Shown here: piece after piece, positions 39,305-47,914 of the stretch
Layout: each line of letters begins with the position of its first letter
How positions within the stretch are numbered: position 1 is the stretch's first letter
Notes under the pieces: model-generated
What the model was told of the DNA's origin: nothing
Database searches by the model: none
What the model saw: only the letters and a program-made list of their open reading frames with translations
Assembly: GCA_963843735.1 (NCBI GenBank)
Contig: CAWJLN010000009.1
Coordinates: 104,182 to 168,181, forward strand
DNA length: 64,000 nt
Direction: 5' to 3'
DNA from: an uncultured Gammaproteobacteria bacterium
GTDB taxonomy: Bacteria > Pseudomonadota > Gammaproteobacteria > JAKDMP01
Translations under genes and position numbers: made by a program

Positions 39305-39649
39305 TCAAATATCCTGCTGCAGAAACACGCCCACGCGACGCAGCGTCTCTTCGTTGCGCACGTAGAAAGTCCACTGCCCGCAGCGCTTCGCCTCGATCAA
39401 TCCGGCCTGCTGGAGCTGGGCCAGGTACTGCGAAGCCGTGGACTGCGACAGGCCGAGTTTCTTCTGAATCTCGCCCACGCAGACCCGATCGCCCCGGCAC
39501 TCGCCATTCGGCGTCGGGCCGAAATTCTTGTCCGGCTCCCGCATCAGGCTCAGAATCTTGAGCCGCGACTCGTTCGCCAGTGCCTTGAAGACAGTCACTT
39601 CGTCCATGCGCATCAATATATCACGAAATCCCGATATGTCAATACGCAT
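39305..39649 (-). CDS. ArsR/SmtB-family metalloregulator-type transcriptional repressor
   Basis: FKALANESRLKILSLM...VGEIQKKLGLSQSTASQYLAQLQQAGLIEAKRCGQWTFY (wHTH). The true start may be the internal ATG at 39613 or 39607. Confidence 0.8.
   Translation of the reverse strand: MRIDISGFRDILMRMDEVTVFKALANESRLKILSLMREPDKNFGPTPNGECRGDRVCVGEIQKKLGLSQSTASQYLAQLQQAGLIEAKRCGQWTFYVRNEETLRRVGVFLQQDI
39606..39649. promoter_or_regulatory. Imperfect 17-nt inverted repeat (possible ArsR operator)
   Basis: atgcgcatcaatatatc (39606-39622) and gatatgtcaatacgcat (39633-39649) match in 13 of 17 positions as an inverted repeat, separated by 10 nt. It covers the first 15 codons of the longest arsR ORF. Confidence 0.3.
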
Positions 39650-39734
39650 TTAGTGTGGTTAAAACTGACATCATGATTACCCATCGTTGCGACTAGTCTT
39701 TGGCAGCTTCTGCTACCGGTCCCCTTTTGATAGT

Positions 39735-40320
39735 GAACACTCCACCGGCTAAAGCCGGTGGCTTCGGATTACGGCTGAAAGCCGGATCGGTCGGCCATGC
39801 GGCCGACTACACAACCTGAAAGTCATCGTCAGGCTCCGGCGGCTTCTGCTCCTCGATGTAACGGTGCCACACCTCGTCGGTCACGTTCCCGCTCGTGCAT
39901 ACCCAGTAGCCTCGCGCCCACAGGTGCTGTCCCCAATACCGCTTCCTCAGCCGCGCAAACTCCGTCAGAAGCTTGTGCGAACTCTTGCCCTTCATGTACT
40001 GCACCGCCCGCGATACCGATAGATACGGCGGTATCCCTATCAGCATGTGCACATGATCCCGATTGATCGCCCCCGCATAGATGCGCATCTCCTTCGCCCG
40101 CGCTATCTCGCGCAGCAACTCCCGGCAGCGCTCTCCTACTTCCCCGCCCAGTACCTGATATCGGTACTTCGTCGTCCACACCAGGTGGTACTTGCAGTCC
40201 CACACCGTGTGGCTCCCGCGCTTATAATCCTCCATCTCCTCAGCATAACCTAGTCAACCTGTCCGCCGGCTAAAGCCGGGGGGTTTACTGATCCCCTATC
40301 GGGGACTCTAAAAGCCGATG
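39735..40320 (-). mobile_element. IS200/IS605-family insertion sequence (tnpA only); boundaries approximate
   Basis: A Y1 HUH transposase gene flanked by subterminal hairpins. These are CCACCGGC-TAAA-GCCGGTGG (39742-39761), GTCGGCC-ATGC-GGCCGAC (39790-39807), CCGGC-TAAA-GCCGG (40266-40279) and TCCCC-TATC-GGGGA (about 40291-40304). Confidence 0.6.
39807..40235 (-). CDS. tnpA: IS200/IS605 family transposase TnpA (Y1 HUH)
   Basis: 142 aa: VWDCKYHLVWTTKYRYQVL, HUH motif in DHVHMLI, YMKGKSSHKL, catalytic-Tyr region RGYWVCTSGNVTDEVWHRYIEEQ. Confidence 0.9.
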   Translation of the reverse strand: MEDYKRGSHTVWDCKYHLVWTTKYRYQVLGGEVGERCRELLREIARAKEMRIYAGAINRDHVHMLIGIPPYLSVSRAVQYMKGKSSHKLLTEFARLRKRYWGQHLWARGYWVCTSGNVTDEVWHRYIEEQKPPEPDDDFQVV

Positions 40321-40373
40321 CGGAATATCCCTCAAAGCGTCCTTATGCCATTTTTCATCTATAATCGCCCAGG

Positions 40374-41606
40374 GTGGATGTGGAATTAACATTGAAATCA
40401 GCGGTAAAGCTCAAACTTCCATGGCGACAAGCTGACACATTTATATCAGCCGTTCATTCGAGAACGAGAGTGAGCGGTTTGACGCACGACTTTTACAAGT
40501 ACCCAGCCCGCTTTTCTCCCGAATTCGCGAGAGCGACAATTACGTCGCTCTCGCGTCCCGGCGACATCATTGCCGACCCATTCATGGGCGGAGGCACATC
40601 GCTAGTTGAAGCGCGGGCTACCGGGCGTCTGTCAGTTGGCTGTGACATTAGTAGCCTTGCTACTTTTGTAGCCCGGGCAAAAACACAAGTCTTATCTCCT
40701 GACGAACTTCATAATGTAAGCACATGGCTGCAGTGCCTTCCCGATAACATTAACCTCCGGATTCACTCCTCCAATGAGAATATTTGGGCAGAACGTGGTT
40801 ACTTCAAACATCTTAACGGTCCATCTACTTGGCCAATCCGCAAATTTATAGAGTTGGCACTACCGCGTCTCTACGAGCTTCCAGGATACAAACAACGCGT
40901 ATTCGCTAGATGCGTAATGTTACGCACTGCGCAATGGGCGATAGATGGCAGGAAGACCATTCCCAACATTGCAACATTCCGACACCAGTTTCGGGAAATC
41001 GCGTCCCGCATGACACAAGGCAGCCAAGATTTTAGCGCTATGTCCTTAGCGGCCGATAAGCTCTCGCAGACATCCCGACGCTCCCGGATACTATGCATCA
41101 ACTCCCCAGCATCTAGGTTGCCTGCGTTCTACTCCGCCCGCCACAGCAATGCACCGAAGTTGGTATTGACATCCCCCCCGTATCCCGGGGTTCATATGCT
41201 TTACCACCGCTGGCAGCTATTCGGTGGCAAGGAATCTCCTGCGCCATTCTGGATCGCTAACCGGTTAGATGGTGCCGGCGAATCGCATTACCTAATGCAT
41301 GCACGCAAAGATGACAAAACGAGATATTTTGGCGAACTTGAGGCCGCGCTAAAGCCCTTAGTAGTCCTCGCGAAACGAGATACAACATTCGTCCAACTCG
41401 TGGCGTTTTCCGATCCACAAAAGCAACTCCCCAAATATCTCGAAACAATGGAGCGCTGCGGATTGCGGGAACACATCCTTTCTGAACACATTGATTCTCA
41501 CGATGGAAGACTATGGAGAACAGTTCCTAATAGGCGTTGGCACGCTCAGTCGAAGGGTGCACTTGAGTCGTCACGTGAAGTAGTCCTGCTCCACAGACCC
41601 TCCTAG
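40374..41606 (+). CDS. Putative DNA (N6-adenine or N4-cytosine) methyltransferase
   Basis: AdoMet motif I IIADPFMGGGTSLVEA (aa ~65-80) and catalytic motif IV LVLTSPPYPG (aa ~265-275), in an AT-richer region. Confidence 0.75.
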   Translation: MDVELTLKSAVKLKLPWRQADTFISAVHSRTRVSGLTHDFYKYPARFSPEFARATITSLSRPGDIIADPFMGGGTSLVEARATGRLSVGCDISSLATFVARAKTQVLSPDELHNVSTWLQCLPDNINLRIHSSNENIWAERGYFKHLNGPSTWPIRKFIELALPRLYELPGYKQRVFARCVMLRTAQWAIDGRKTIPNIATFRHQFREIASRMTQGSQDFSAMSLAADKLSQTSRRSRILCINSPASRLPAFYSARHSNAPKLVLTSPPYPGVHMLYHRWQLFGGKESPAPFWIANRLDGAGESHYLMHARKDDKTRYFGELEAALKPLVVLAKRDTTFVQLVAFSDPQKQLPKYLETMERCGLREHILSEHIDSHDGRLWRTVPNRRWHAQSKGALESSREVVLLHRPS

Positions 41607-43831
41607 CGCAACATTAAGCCAGGCTCATTTGGGGGATATACATTTTTAGGTGTCCTCACCGGTATCGCTAAATGCTTCAAGTTCGGAATCTGTAAGTCCG
41701 GACAACTGATCTATCATCGGAAGCAGCATGGGTGCAACTGCCCGTGAATACAGCCGGATATGTTCTTCCGACGATTTTTCATATTCCGAAGACGCTTCTG
41801 ACCCTGGAACATTCTTGTTCGTTGCGTTAGCACCATCTAGTTCGTGAAGAAGCGCCAAACCAAGCAACACATTCCCATATTTGAACTTGGCTTCCAAGAG
41901 ACGCACATCCTGTTTCGAGTATTTCATTTCCGTTTGCAGAGAATCATTATCCACGTTGATATAAAACGTATGCTGCACTCCATCATCGCCCTCCTCCGCT
42001 ATAGGCTCGGAGATTACATGGCACGCCGTTTGATCATCAAACTTATACTTCTTCCAGTAAGTATCATCCTTACGAACCGGGACAACATCCGGGAGTCTTA
42101 GGCCTTCATTGCCCAGCTTCCCTTCACCACCTCTTCGTTGACGCGTAGGCTGAACAGTGACCTCGATTAGGTTCACAAATGGCTCTATTAGAGTCGCATC
42201 ATAAACACTCGCTTGCAAAACAAAAGTTTCGCCAACACTTGCGTCCTCTGGAAGGGCCATATTTAGGAAAGCTTCGCCATCCTCAAGCGCCAAACTATGA
42301 CCTGGTATGTTCTCCGACTCGGTTCCATCTACTATTTCAAGCTCGAACGTACCTCGATCCTCAGGGCGATCAAAATATTCATTTTCGACATCCGTTTCGA
42401 ACTTTATCCGGCATCTCCGCCTTAACTCAGCGTTCCGTTTATAGACCTGCCCATACTCAACGGCCGATATCCGGAAGTAGGTTGGGTGCCTTTTGCCCTC
42501 AAAATCCTCCGGCTTATTTGGCTTTCCTCCGCCACCACGTTCTCCTGGAGCCTTGCCGGGTCGCGAAAACGGACGTGAGAGCCGCTGACCGCGCAAAAAC
42601 AAAGCCTGCAACGTAGGAGAAGACTTCAATACCTTGCTAAGCACCTCTTCAAGTGGTCGCTCTTCGCTCAAGCGAGATTGGACATCCTTATCTTTGCGTT
42701 CCTGCTGCAACCTGCGAAGGTCTTTATGCTCCTTAAGCATCTGTTCAATTTCACGCTCCAATGCGTATCTTATTGAACTCTTGCTTAGCCGATCACGGCT
42801 GGGCATAAAAAGATCTTCCCTCTGTCGCACCGAAATCTTCGAGCAGTCAATGAGAACCAGCAAGGAGTCTTTTAGCCGCGGCAGGCCTACGGCTTTCGGT
42901 CTTGCAAACATGGTACGCGGCAGGTACCCATGAGCCTGACCGTTGATTGCAAAAATAACGCCCTCGTCTCGAAGATACGTAGATGCACGGTCTTCCTTGA
43001 ACGCATATATTCTCCCGCTCAACTCCATGCCTACCGCATTCAATCGAACTGACTTCGGGAACCCGTGCTCCAGGTTGCCACCTCTACCGTCTTCTAGGCG
43101 AACGACTAGGCCGGAAACCGTCGTCGCAAAACTTCTCTCCTTATCGCCGCGATATCCACGGCATTCGTGTAGCCGAAACGGCAACGCTGTTTCTGGCAAC
43201 AGCCTCTCAAGAGCATACAAGAGTCCATCAGGTAACAGAACATTACTTTGTCCGACTGTTGTCTTGTACTCGTAAAGCTTTATCGCAGTACCCCACGCCA
43301 CATCGCGAGCGTACGGCTCGTCATGCTCAGGCATTAGTGGCATGGAATCGGATCGGAAGCTAAGTACGCCGCCCTTTCTAGGGCTGTCCTCAGCACCAAT
43401 AGGCGATAGATAAGTGAATTCGGAATGCACTGGTTCACCGCTTAGGTCGCTTGGTTCTTCACGTCTAACAACTGTCACAGCCCATTTGTCGACGGTTGGA
43501 TCCTTATCCCTTTCACATCCAGAAAGCCCTGGATGACGTCGCGTAATCACAAGCTGAAGTCCGAGATCCCCGCAGAACCGAAGGGCACCCGATCCGCCCA
43601 TATTAAATTTCCCTTGGACAAATCGAACCCGCTGCTTATTCGTCGCATTTAGCGAAAGGATCGTTACAGGGATTCTGGAAGCACTTTGCCCTTCCCCTTG
43701 ATCAGCGACTGTGAGACAAAATGATCTGCTAGACCTTCCTTTAGTAGGACGATCTCCTGTTGCGGCTATAGTGATGGGGTAATCCCCCCGGAAAGTAGCG
43801 GAGATCAGAAGTAGAATTTTCTCTTAACGGA

Positions 43832-44113
43832 ATGAGGAGGTTCTACGTGAAGAAGTCTCGATTCAGCGACAGTCAGATCATGAGCATTTTGAAGCAGGCC
43901 GAGGCGGGTACGCCGGTGGCCGAGCTATGCCGGGAGCACGGCATGAGCGGTGCGCTGTTCTACCGCTGGCGGGCGAAGTACGGGGGGATGGACGCCTCGC
44001 TGATGCGCCGTCTCAGGGAGTTGGAGGAGGAGAACCGGCGGCTGAAGAAGATGTACGCCGAGGAGCGGCTCAAGGCGGAGATTGTGAGCGAGGCGCTCAC
44101 AAAAAAATGGTGA
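43832..44113 (+). CDS. IS3-family transposase OrfA (HTH)
   Basis: [48 protein letters not shown] plus a leucine-zipper-like tail. Confidence 0.85.
   Translation: MRRFYVKKSRFSDSQIMSILKQAEAGTPVAELCREHGMSGALFYRWRAKYGGMDASLMRRLRELEEENRRLKKMYAEERLKAEIVSEALTKKW
44101..44107 (+). other. Programmed -1 ribosomal frameshift heptamer A_AAA_AAA of the IS3 element
   Basis: In the orfA frame the sequence reads ac[A AAA AAA] TGG TGA. After a -1 slip the orfB frame reads [11 protein letters not shown].... Confidence 0.7.
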
Positions 44114-44934
44114 GGCCATCTCGGCGCCGCGAGATGGCCAGGCAAGCGGTTAAGAGACGAGGCGTAAGCATTCGGGCGGCGTGTGCGGCCTTTGCGCTGA
44201 GCGAGACCTGCTACCGCTACGAACCCAAGCACTCAGAGGAGAATGGCGAGATCGCCGAGTGGCTGATCCGCTTGACGCACAATCAGAGGAACTGGGGCTT
44301 CGGGCTGTGCTTTCTGTATCTGAGGAACGTCAAGGGCTACGGCTGGAACCACAAGCGGGTGTATCGGATCTATCGGGCGCTGGAACTGAACCTGCGCATC
44401 AAGCCGAGAAAGCGCCTGGTGCGCGAGAAGCCCCAAGCCCTGGCCGTACCACAAGCGATCAACGCGGTCTGGTCCATGGACTTCATGCACGATCAGCTCG
44501 CCGACGGGCGCAGCTTGCGCCTGTTCAACGTCATTGACGACTACAACCGCGAGGGTCTCGGCATCGAGGTCGGCTTCTCGCTGCCTGCCGCGCGGGTAAT
44601 CCGTGCTCTGGAGCGGATCATCGAATGGCGAGGTGCACCGCGGGCGATCCGCTGCGACAACGGCCCCGAATACATCAGCGGGGAGTTGCTCGCCTGGGCG
44701 CGCAAGCGCGCCATCCGCATCGACTACATCCAGCCCGGCAAACCGCAGCAAAACGCCTACATCGAGCGCTACAACCGCACCGTGCGCTACGACTGGCTCG
44801 CCCATTACCTGTTCGACACCATCCACGAGGTGCAGGCGTTCGCTACCCGCTGGCTGTGGACGTATAATCACGAGCGGCCCAATATGGGCCTCGGTGGCGT
44901 GACACCCATGCAGAAGTTGGCCATGGCGGCCTAA
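44101..44934 (+). CDS. IS3-family transposase OrfB (DDE catalytic domain; expressed as an OrfAB fusion)
   Basis: DDE triad context: [34 protein letters not shown]. Confidence 0.85.
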   Translation, partial: KKMVRPSRRREMARQAVKRRGVSIRAACAAFALSETCYRYEPKHSEENGEIAEWLIRLTHNQRNWGFGLCFLYLRNVKGYGWNHKRVYRIYRALELNLRIKPRKRLVREKPQALAVPQAINAVWSMDFMHDQLADGRSLRLFNVIDDYNREGLGIEVGFSLPAARVIRALERIIEWRGAPRAIRCDNGPEYISGELLAWARKRAIRIDYIQPGKPQQNAYIERYNRTVRYDWLAHYLFDTIHEVQAFATRWLWTYNHERPNMGLGGVTPMQKLAMAA

Positions 44935-45362
44935 ACCCTACTTCTGACCACCGCTAAATATGGGGGGATTACCATGGCGCGCGCCTGCTGAGTGCGGTGA
45001 GTTTCCGGCCAGTCTATAAGCATGCCCGGTTCGTCGAAGAATGCTTTTACAGCTTCTCGAATTCCACGCGGAGCATTTTCTGACTCGGGTTGAATCCCTT
45101 TCTTCAGGCATTCAGCCATTAGCGTTGAATCTACACTGTTCACGATTTTTTCAATGAGAGCAGCTTCAGAGAAGTTCTGCTGATTCCCAACCGTGGCAAA
45201 ATTTCCTTCCTTGTCCCCATAAAGTCGCCAAAGTTGATTATCGTCCCAGAGCTCGCGAGCCTTAAGAATTTGGATAACTTCATGCTCCGACTCAGCGTGA
45301 AGCAAATCCAGAGCCAAGACTTTAACTTCTTGATCGTTCATGATTTTCTCCGTCCTCGGAAT

Positions 45363-46004
45363 TCAGGGCGAACGCGCGGGCAATTCCTGCCATAAAGCTA
45401 GGAATGCATTCATGTCTGCGGTGCGCGCCAAAAAAACATACCCATCGCGGCCACGTTTCTCGACTGCCGCAGAGTTTCTTAGCCACGCGATTGTGGCATA
45501 TACTTGATACGCAGGTATTTCTTCGCCTTCCTTGGTAGTAACAGGGAGAAGCTCATCGACCTCAAATTTTTTACTCTGACCGCGCTTCATAATCAGCCTA
45601 TTAAATATCGTTTCAGCTACGGCCCGAGGCACCTTATGCTCATATTCCGTTTTGTTCTTCTTGGACCATCCCACTTTTATCAACCGCTCGTCGTCACGCT
45701 CGAACCTCGGGTAGGCGAAAGATCGTCCTCGTTTTACTTTTCTTAACTTGGAGTTTATACCGTCTGCGCTTGCCTTCACTTCCGACAAGTCGTGCTTCTT
45801 TTCGCCTTTTTGCACAGTATTACCTGCGATACCATGCCCCAGCACATAAAACTCTCTTTTTTGCAGCGTGGAGACCGCTTCCGCTAGCTGAGCTACAAAC
45901 GCAACCTCCTCGTAGCCACTATTTTTCAACGAGTCCTCGATGAGAGTCCGCAAGGATGTTTCCGTTGAAGCCAAAAGCTTCTTCGCTTTTTGTATTGTAT
46001 CCAT
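45363..46004 (-). CDS. Hypothetical protein (orfX), first gene of the GHKL ATPase operon
   Basis: 213 aa from the ATG at 46004 (MDTIQKAKKLL...). Its stop lies 21 nt before the ATPase ATG, which has GGAG 8 nt upstream. I recognise no family. The C-terminal stretch (IPAYQVYATIAWLRNSAAVEKRGRDGYVFL) is vaguely winged-helix-like. Confidence 0.55.
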   Translation of the reverse strand: MDTIQKAKKLLASTETSLRTLIEDSLKNSGYEEVAFVAQLAEAVSTLQKREFYVLGHGIAGNTVQKGEKKHDLSEVKASADGINSKLRKVKRGRSFAYPRFERDDERLIKVGWSKKNKTEYEHKVPRAVAETIFNRLIMKRGQSKKFEVDELLPVTTKEGEEIPAYQVYATIAWLRNSAAVEKRGRDGYVFLARTADMNAFLALWQELPARSP

Positions 46005-46231
46005 ATTGTAATTATATGTCTTTGTCCATGGAAGTAAGTAGTGCCGTTGTTTTACTTCTTTAACTGCCAAAACTGCCAAAGTGACTTGTCCAAATCGCTC
46101 AGCAATGCCCCATGGCGGTGCAAGTGTCGAAAACTCCGGCTTTGGCGTCTACCGCCGCTAGGCGGACAAGGCCATGCGGCTATTGTTTTTACGTGCATTT
46201 TCATATACATTAAGCGAGTTAAAGGCAATAT

Positions 46232-46606
46232 ATGTTGACGTTAAAAATGGAAACGAGCCGGACAAGCTCGACACTGCCGCTGCCGGTCGGGCGCCTTCTG
46301 CGCAAGCTGGGGCAGGACATCCGGGACGCCCGGAGACGGCGGCGTATCCCCGTGGCGGTGATGGCGGAGCGGGCCTCCATCAGCCGGGCAACCCTGAGCA
46401 AGGTGGAAAAAGGCGCTCCCGGAGTATCGGCAGGCACCTACGCCGCCGTGCTCTTCGTCCTGGGTCTGGCGGAGCGAATCGGGAATCTGGCCGATGCTGC
46501 GAGCGACACGCTGGGCCTCGATCTGGAGGAAGAGCGTTTGCCGCAGCGCATCCGGGGTCGCCGCAGCCGCGCGTCCGCCTCGCAGGCAAAGACGGGCAAA
46601 GACTGA
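46232..46606 (+). CDS. hipB: XRE/HipB-type HTH antitoxin
   Basis: VGRLLRKLGQDIRDARRRRRIPVAVMAERASISRATLSKVEKG is an HTH_XRE motif. Its stop overlaps the hipA ATG (ATGA form, 46604-46608). Confidence 0.75.
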   Translation: MLTLKMETSRTSSTLPLPVGRLLRKLGQDIRDARRRRRIPVAVMAERASISRATLSKVEKGAPGVSAGTYAAVLFVLGLAERIGNLADAASDTLGLDLEEERLPQRIRGRRSRASASQAKTGKD

Positions 46607-47892
46607 TGGACGCCGAAATACTTGTTTACGTGGATCTGGAGGGCGAGCCGATTCTGGCAGGCCGGCTGTGGGCTCGCACGCGCAAGGATCGGGAGAGCGC
46701 CACATTCGAGTACGACAAGGACTGGCTCGCCCATCCGGCTCGCTTCTCCCTTGAGCCGGCGCTGCAACTCGGCCCCGGCCCGTTTCACACGCCGGCCGGC
46801 AAGCCCTTGTTCGGCGCCATCGGCGATTCTGCACCCGATCGCTGGGGCCGTGTGCTCATGCGCCGCGCCGAACGTCGGCGGGCGGAACGCGCCGGGGAAA
46901 CGCCACGGACGTTGCGCGAGAGTGACTATCTCCTGACGGTTAACGACGAGGCGCGTCAAGGCGCGCTGCGTTTTGCGCGGCAGCCGGGAGGACCATTCCT
47001 TGCCACCGGTTTGTTGGCGATCCCGCCGCTGGTCGAGTTGCCTCGTCTGCTCTCCGCCGCCGAACATGTTGGCGACGATTCGGAAAGCGACGAAGACCTG
47101 CGCCTGCTGCTTGCGCCCGGTTCGTCGCTCGGGGGTGCAAGGCCCAAGGCGTCCGTTCGGGACAAAAACGGTGATCTGGCGATCGCCAAATTCCCGCACA
47201 AGGGCGATGAGATAGACGCCGTCCGATGGGAAGCCGTCGCACTGAGGCTGGCGGAGAAGGCGGGGATCGCGGTTCCGGAATGGCGACCGGAAACCGTTGC
47301 CGGGAAACAGACGCTGCTTCTACGCCGTTTTGACCGCGACGACGGCAGGCGCATACCGTTTCTTTCCGCCATGAGCATGCTCGGCGCAGACGATAACGAA
47401 ACCCGCAGCTATCTCGAATTTGTTGACGCGTTGCGCCGCTACGGCGCTGCGCCGAAACACGACATACAAATGCTTTGGCGACGCATCGTATTCAACATCC
47501 TGATTTCCAACACCGACGACCATCTGCGCAACCACGGATTTTTGTATGACGGTACGAACGGTTGGCGGCTCGCGCCGGCCTATGACCTCAACCCCGTACC
47601 GGTGGACATCAAGCCGCGAATACTAAGCACTGCAATCAATCTCGACGACGGCACGGCGTCGCTGGAACTGGCGTTGACGGTTGCCGAATATTTCGGACTG
47701 AATGCCGAACGGGCGCGCGCGATTGCGGCTGAAGTCGGAGAAGCCGTGGCAGACTGGCGCAAAGAGGCGGCGCAGCTGGGTTTGAAGGGAAGCGAAATTG
47801 ATCGCATGGCGAGCGCCTTCGAGCATGGCGATCTGCGGCAAGCGCGGTCCTTGCGGACCCTTGCCTCGCACAAGCCCGTTCAAAATCGGTAA
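46606..47892 (+). CDS. hipA: HipA-family serine/threonine kinase toxin
   Basis: MDAEILVYVDLEG (HipA N-domain), SLGGARPKASV, ISNTDDHLRNHGFLY (catalytic loop), YDLNP. The track ORF starting at 46174 is an upstream over-extension. Confidence 0.85.
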   Translation: MDAEILVYVDLEGEPILAGRLWARTRKDRESATFEYDKDWLAHPARFSLEPALQLGPGPFHTPAGKPLFGAIGDSAPDRWGRVLMRRAERRRAERAGETPRTLRESDYLLTVNDEARQGALRFARQPGGPFLATGLLAIPPLVELPRLLSAAEHVGDDSESDEDLRLLLAPGSSLGGARPKASVRDKNGDLAIAKFPHKGDEIDAVRWEAVALRLAEKAGIAVPEWRPETVAGKQTLLLRRFDRDDGRRIPFLSAMSMLGADDNETRSYLEFVDALRRYGAAPKHDIQMLWRRIVFNILISNTDDHLRNHGFLYDGTNGWRLAPAYDLNPVPVDIKPRILSTAINLDDGTASLELALTVAEYFGLNAERARAIAAEVGEAVADWRKEAAQLGLKGSEIDRMASAFEHGDLRQARSLRTLASHKPVQNR

Positions 47893-47914
47893 TAAGCCTG
47901 TTTCCGGCGAATCG

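Larger units (their letters stand above)
43778..44973 (+). mobile_element. IS3-family insertion sequence (IS407-like size, about 1.2 kb)
   Basis: Terminal inverted repeats GGTAATCCCCCC...TAGCGG.G.TCAGAAGTAG occur at both ends, flanked by direct ATGG (43774-43777 and 44974-44977). It carries orfA/orfB with an A7 slippery site. Confidence 0.85.
41646..45341 (-). pseudogene. GHKL (Bergerat-fold, MORC-like) ATPase with a long uncharacterised C-terminal region, interrupted by an IS3-family element
   Basis: The N-terminal piece 44974-45341 (MNDQEV...EAALIEKIVNSVDS...HRTQQARA) and the C-terminal piece 41646-43777 (ITIAATGDRPTKGRSSRSFCLTVADQGEGQ...GKFNMGGSGALRF...) join in frame once the IS and one copy of the 4-bp duplication are removed. 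The reconstructed product is 831 aa. Confidence 0.7.

Noticed and set aside
46062-46079. TGGCAG...TGGCAG read as a possible sigma-54 (-24/-12) promoter.
   Set aside because: The GG and GC elements are not spaced GG-N10-GC, and there is no TTGC(A/T) -12 box. I kept it only as a direct repeat.
46174-47892. 572-aa ORF spanning hipB and hipA.
   Set aside because: The first 144 codons overlap hipB in another frame and look like GC-rich noise. The HipA N-domain starts at the ATG at 46606, which overlaps the hipB stop.
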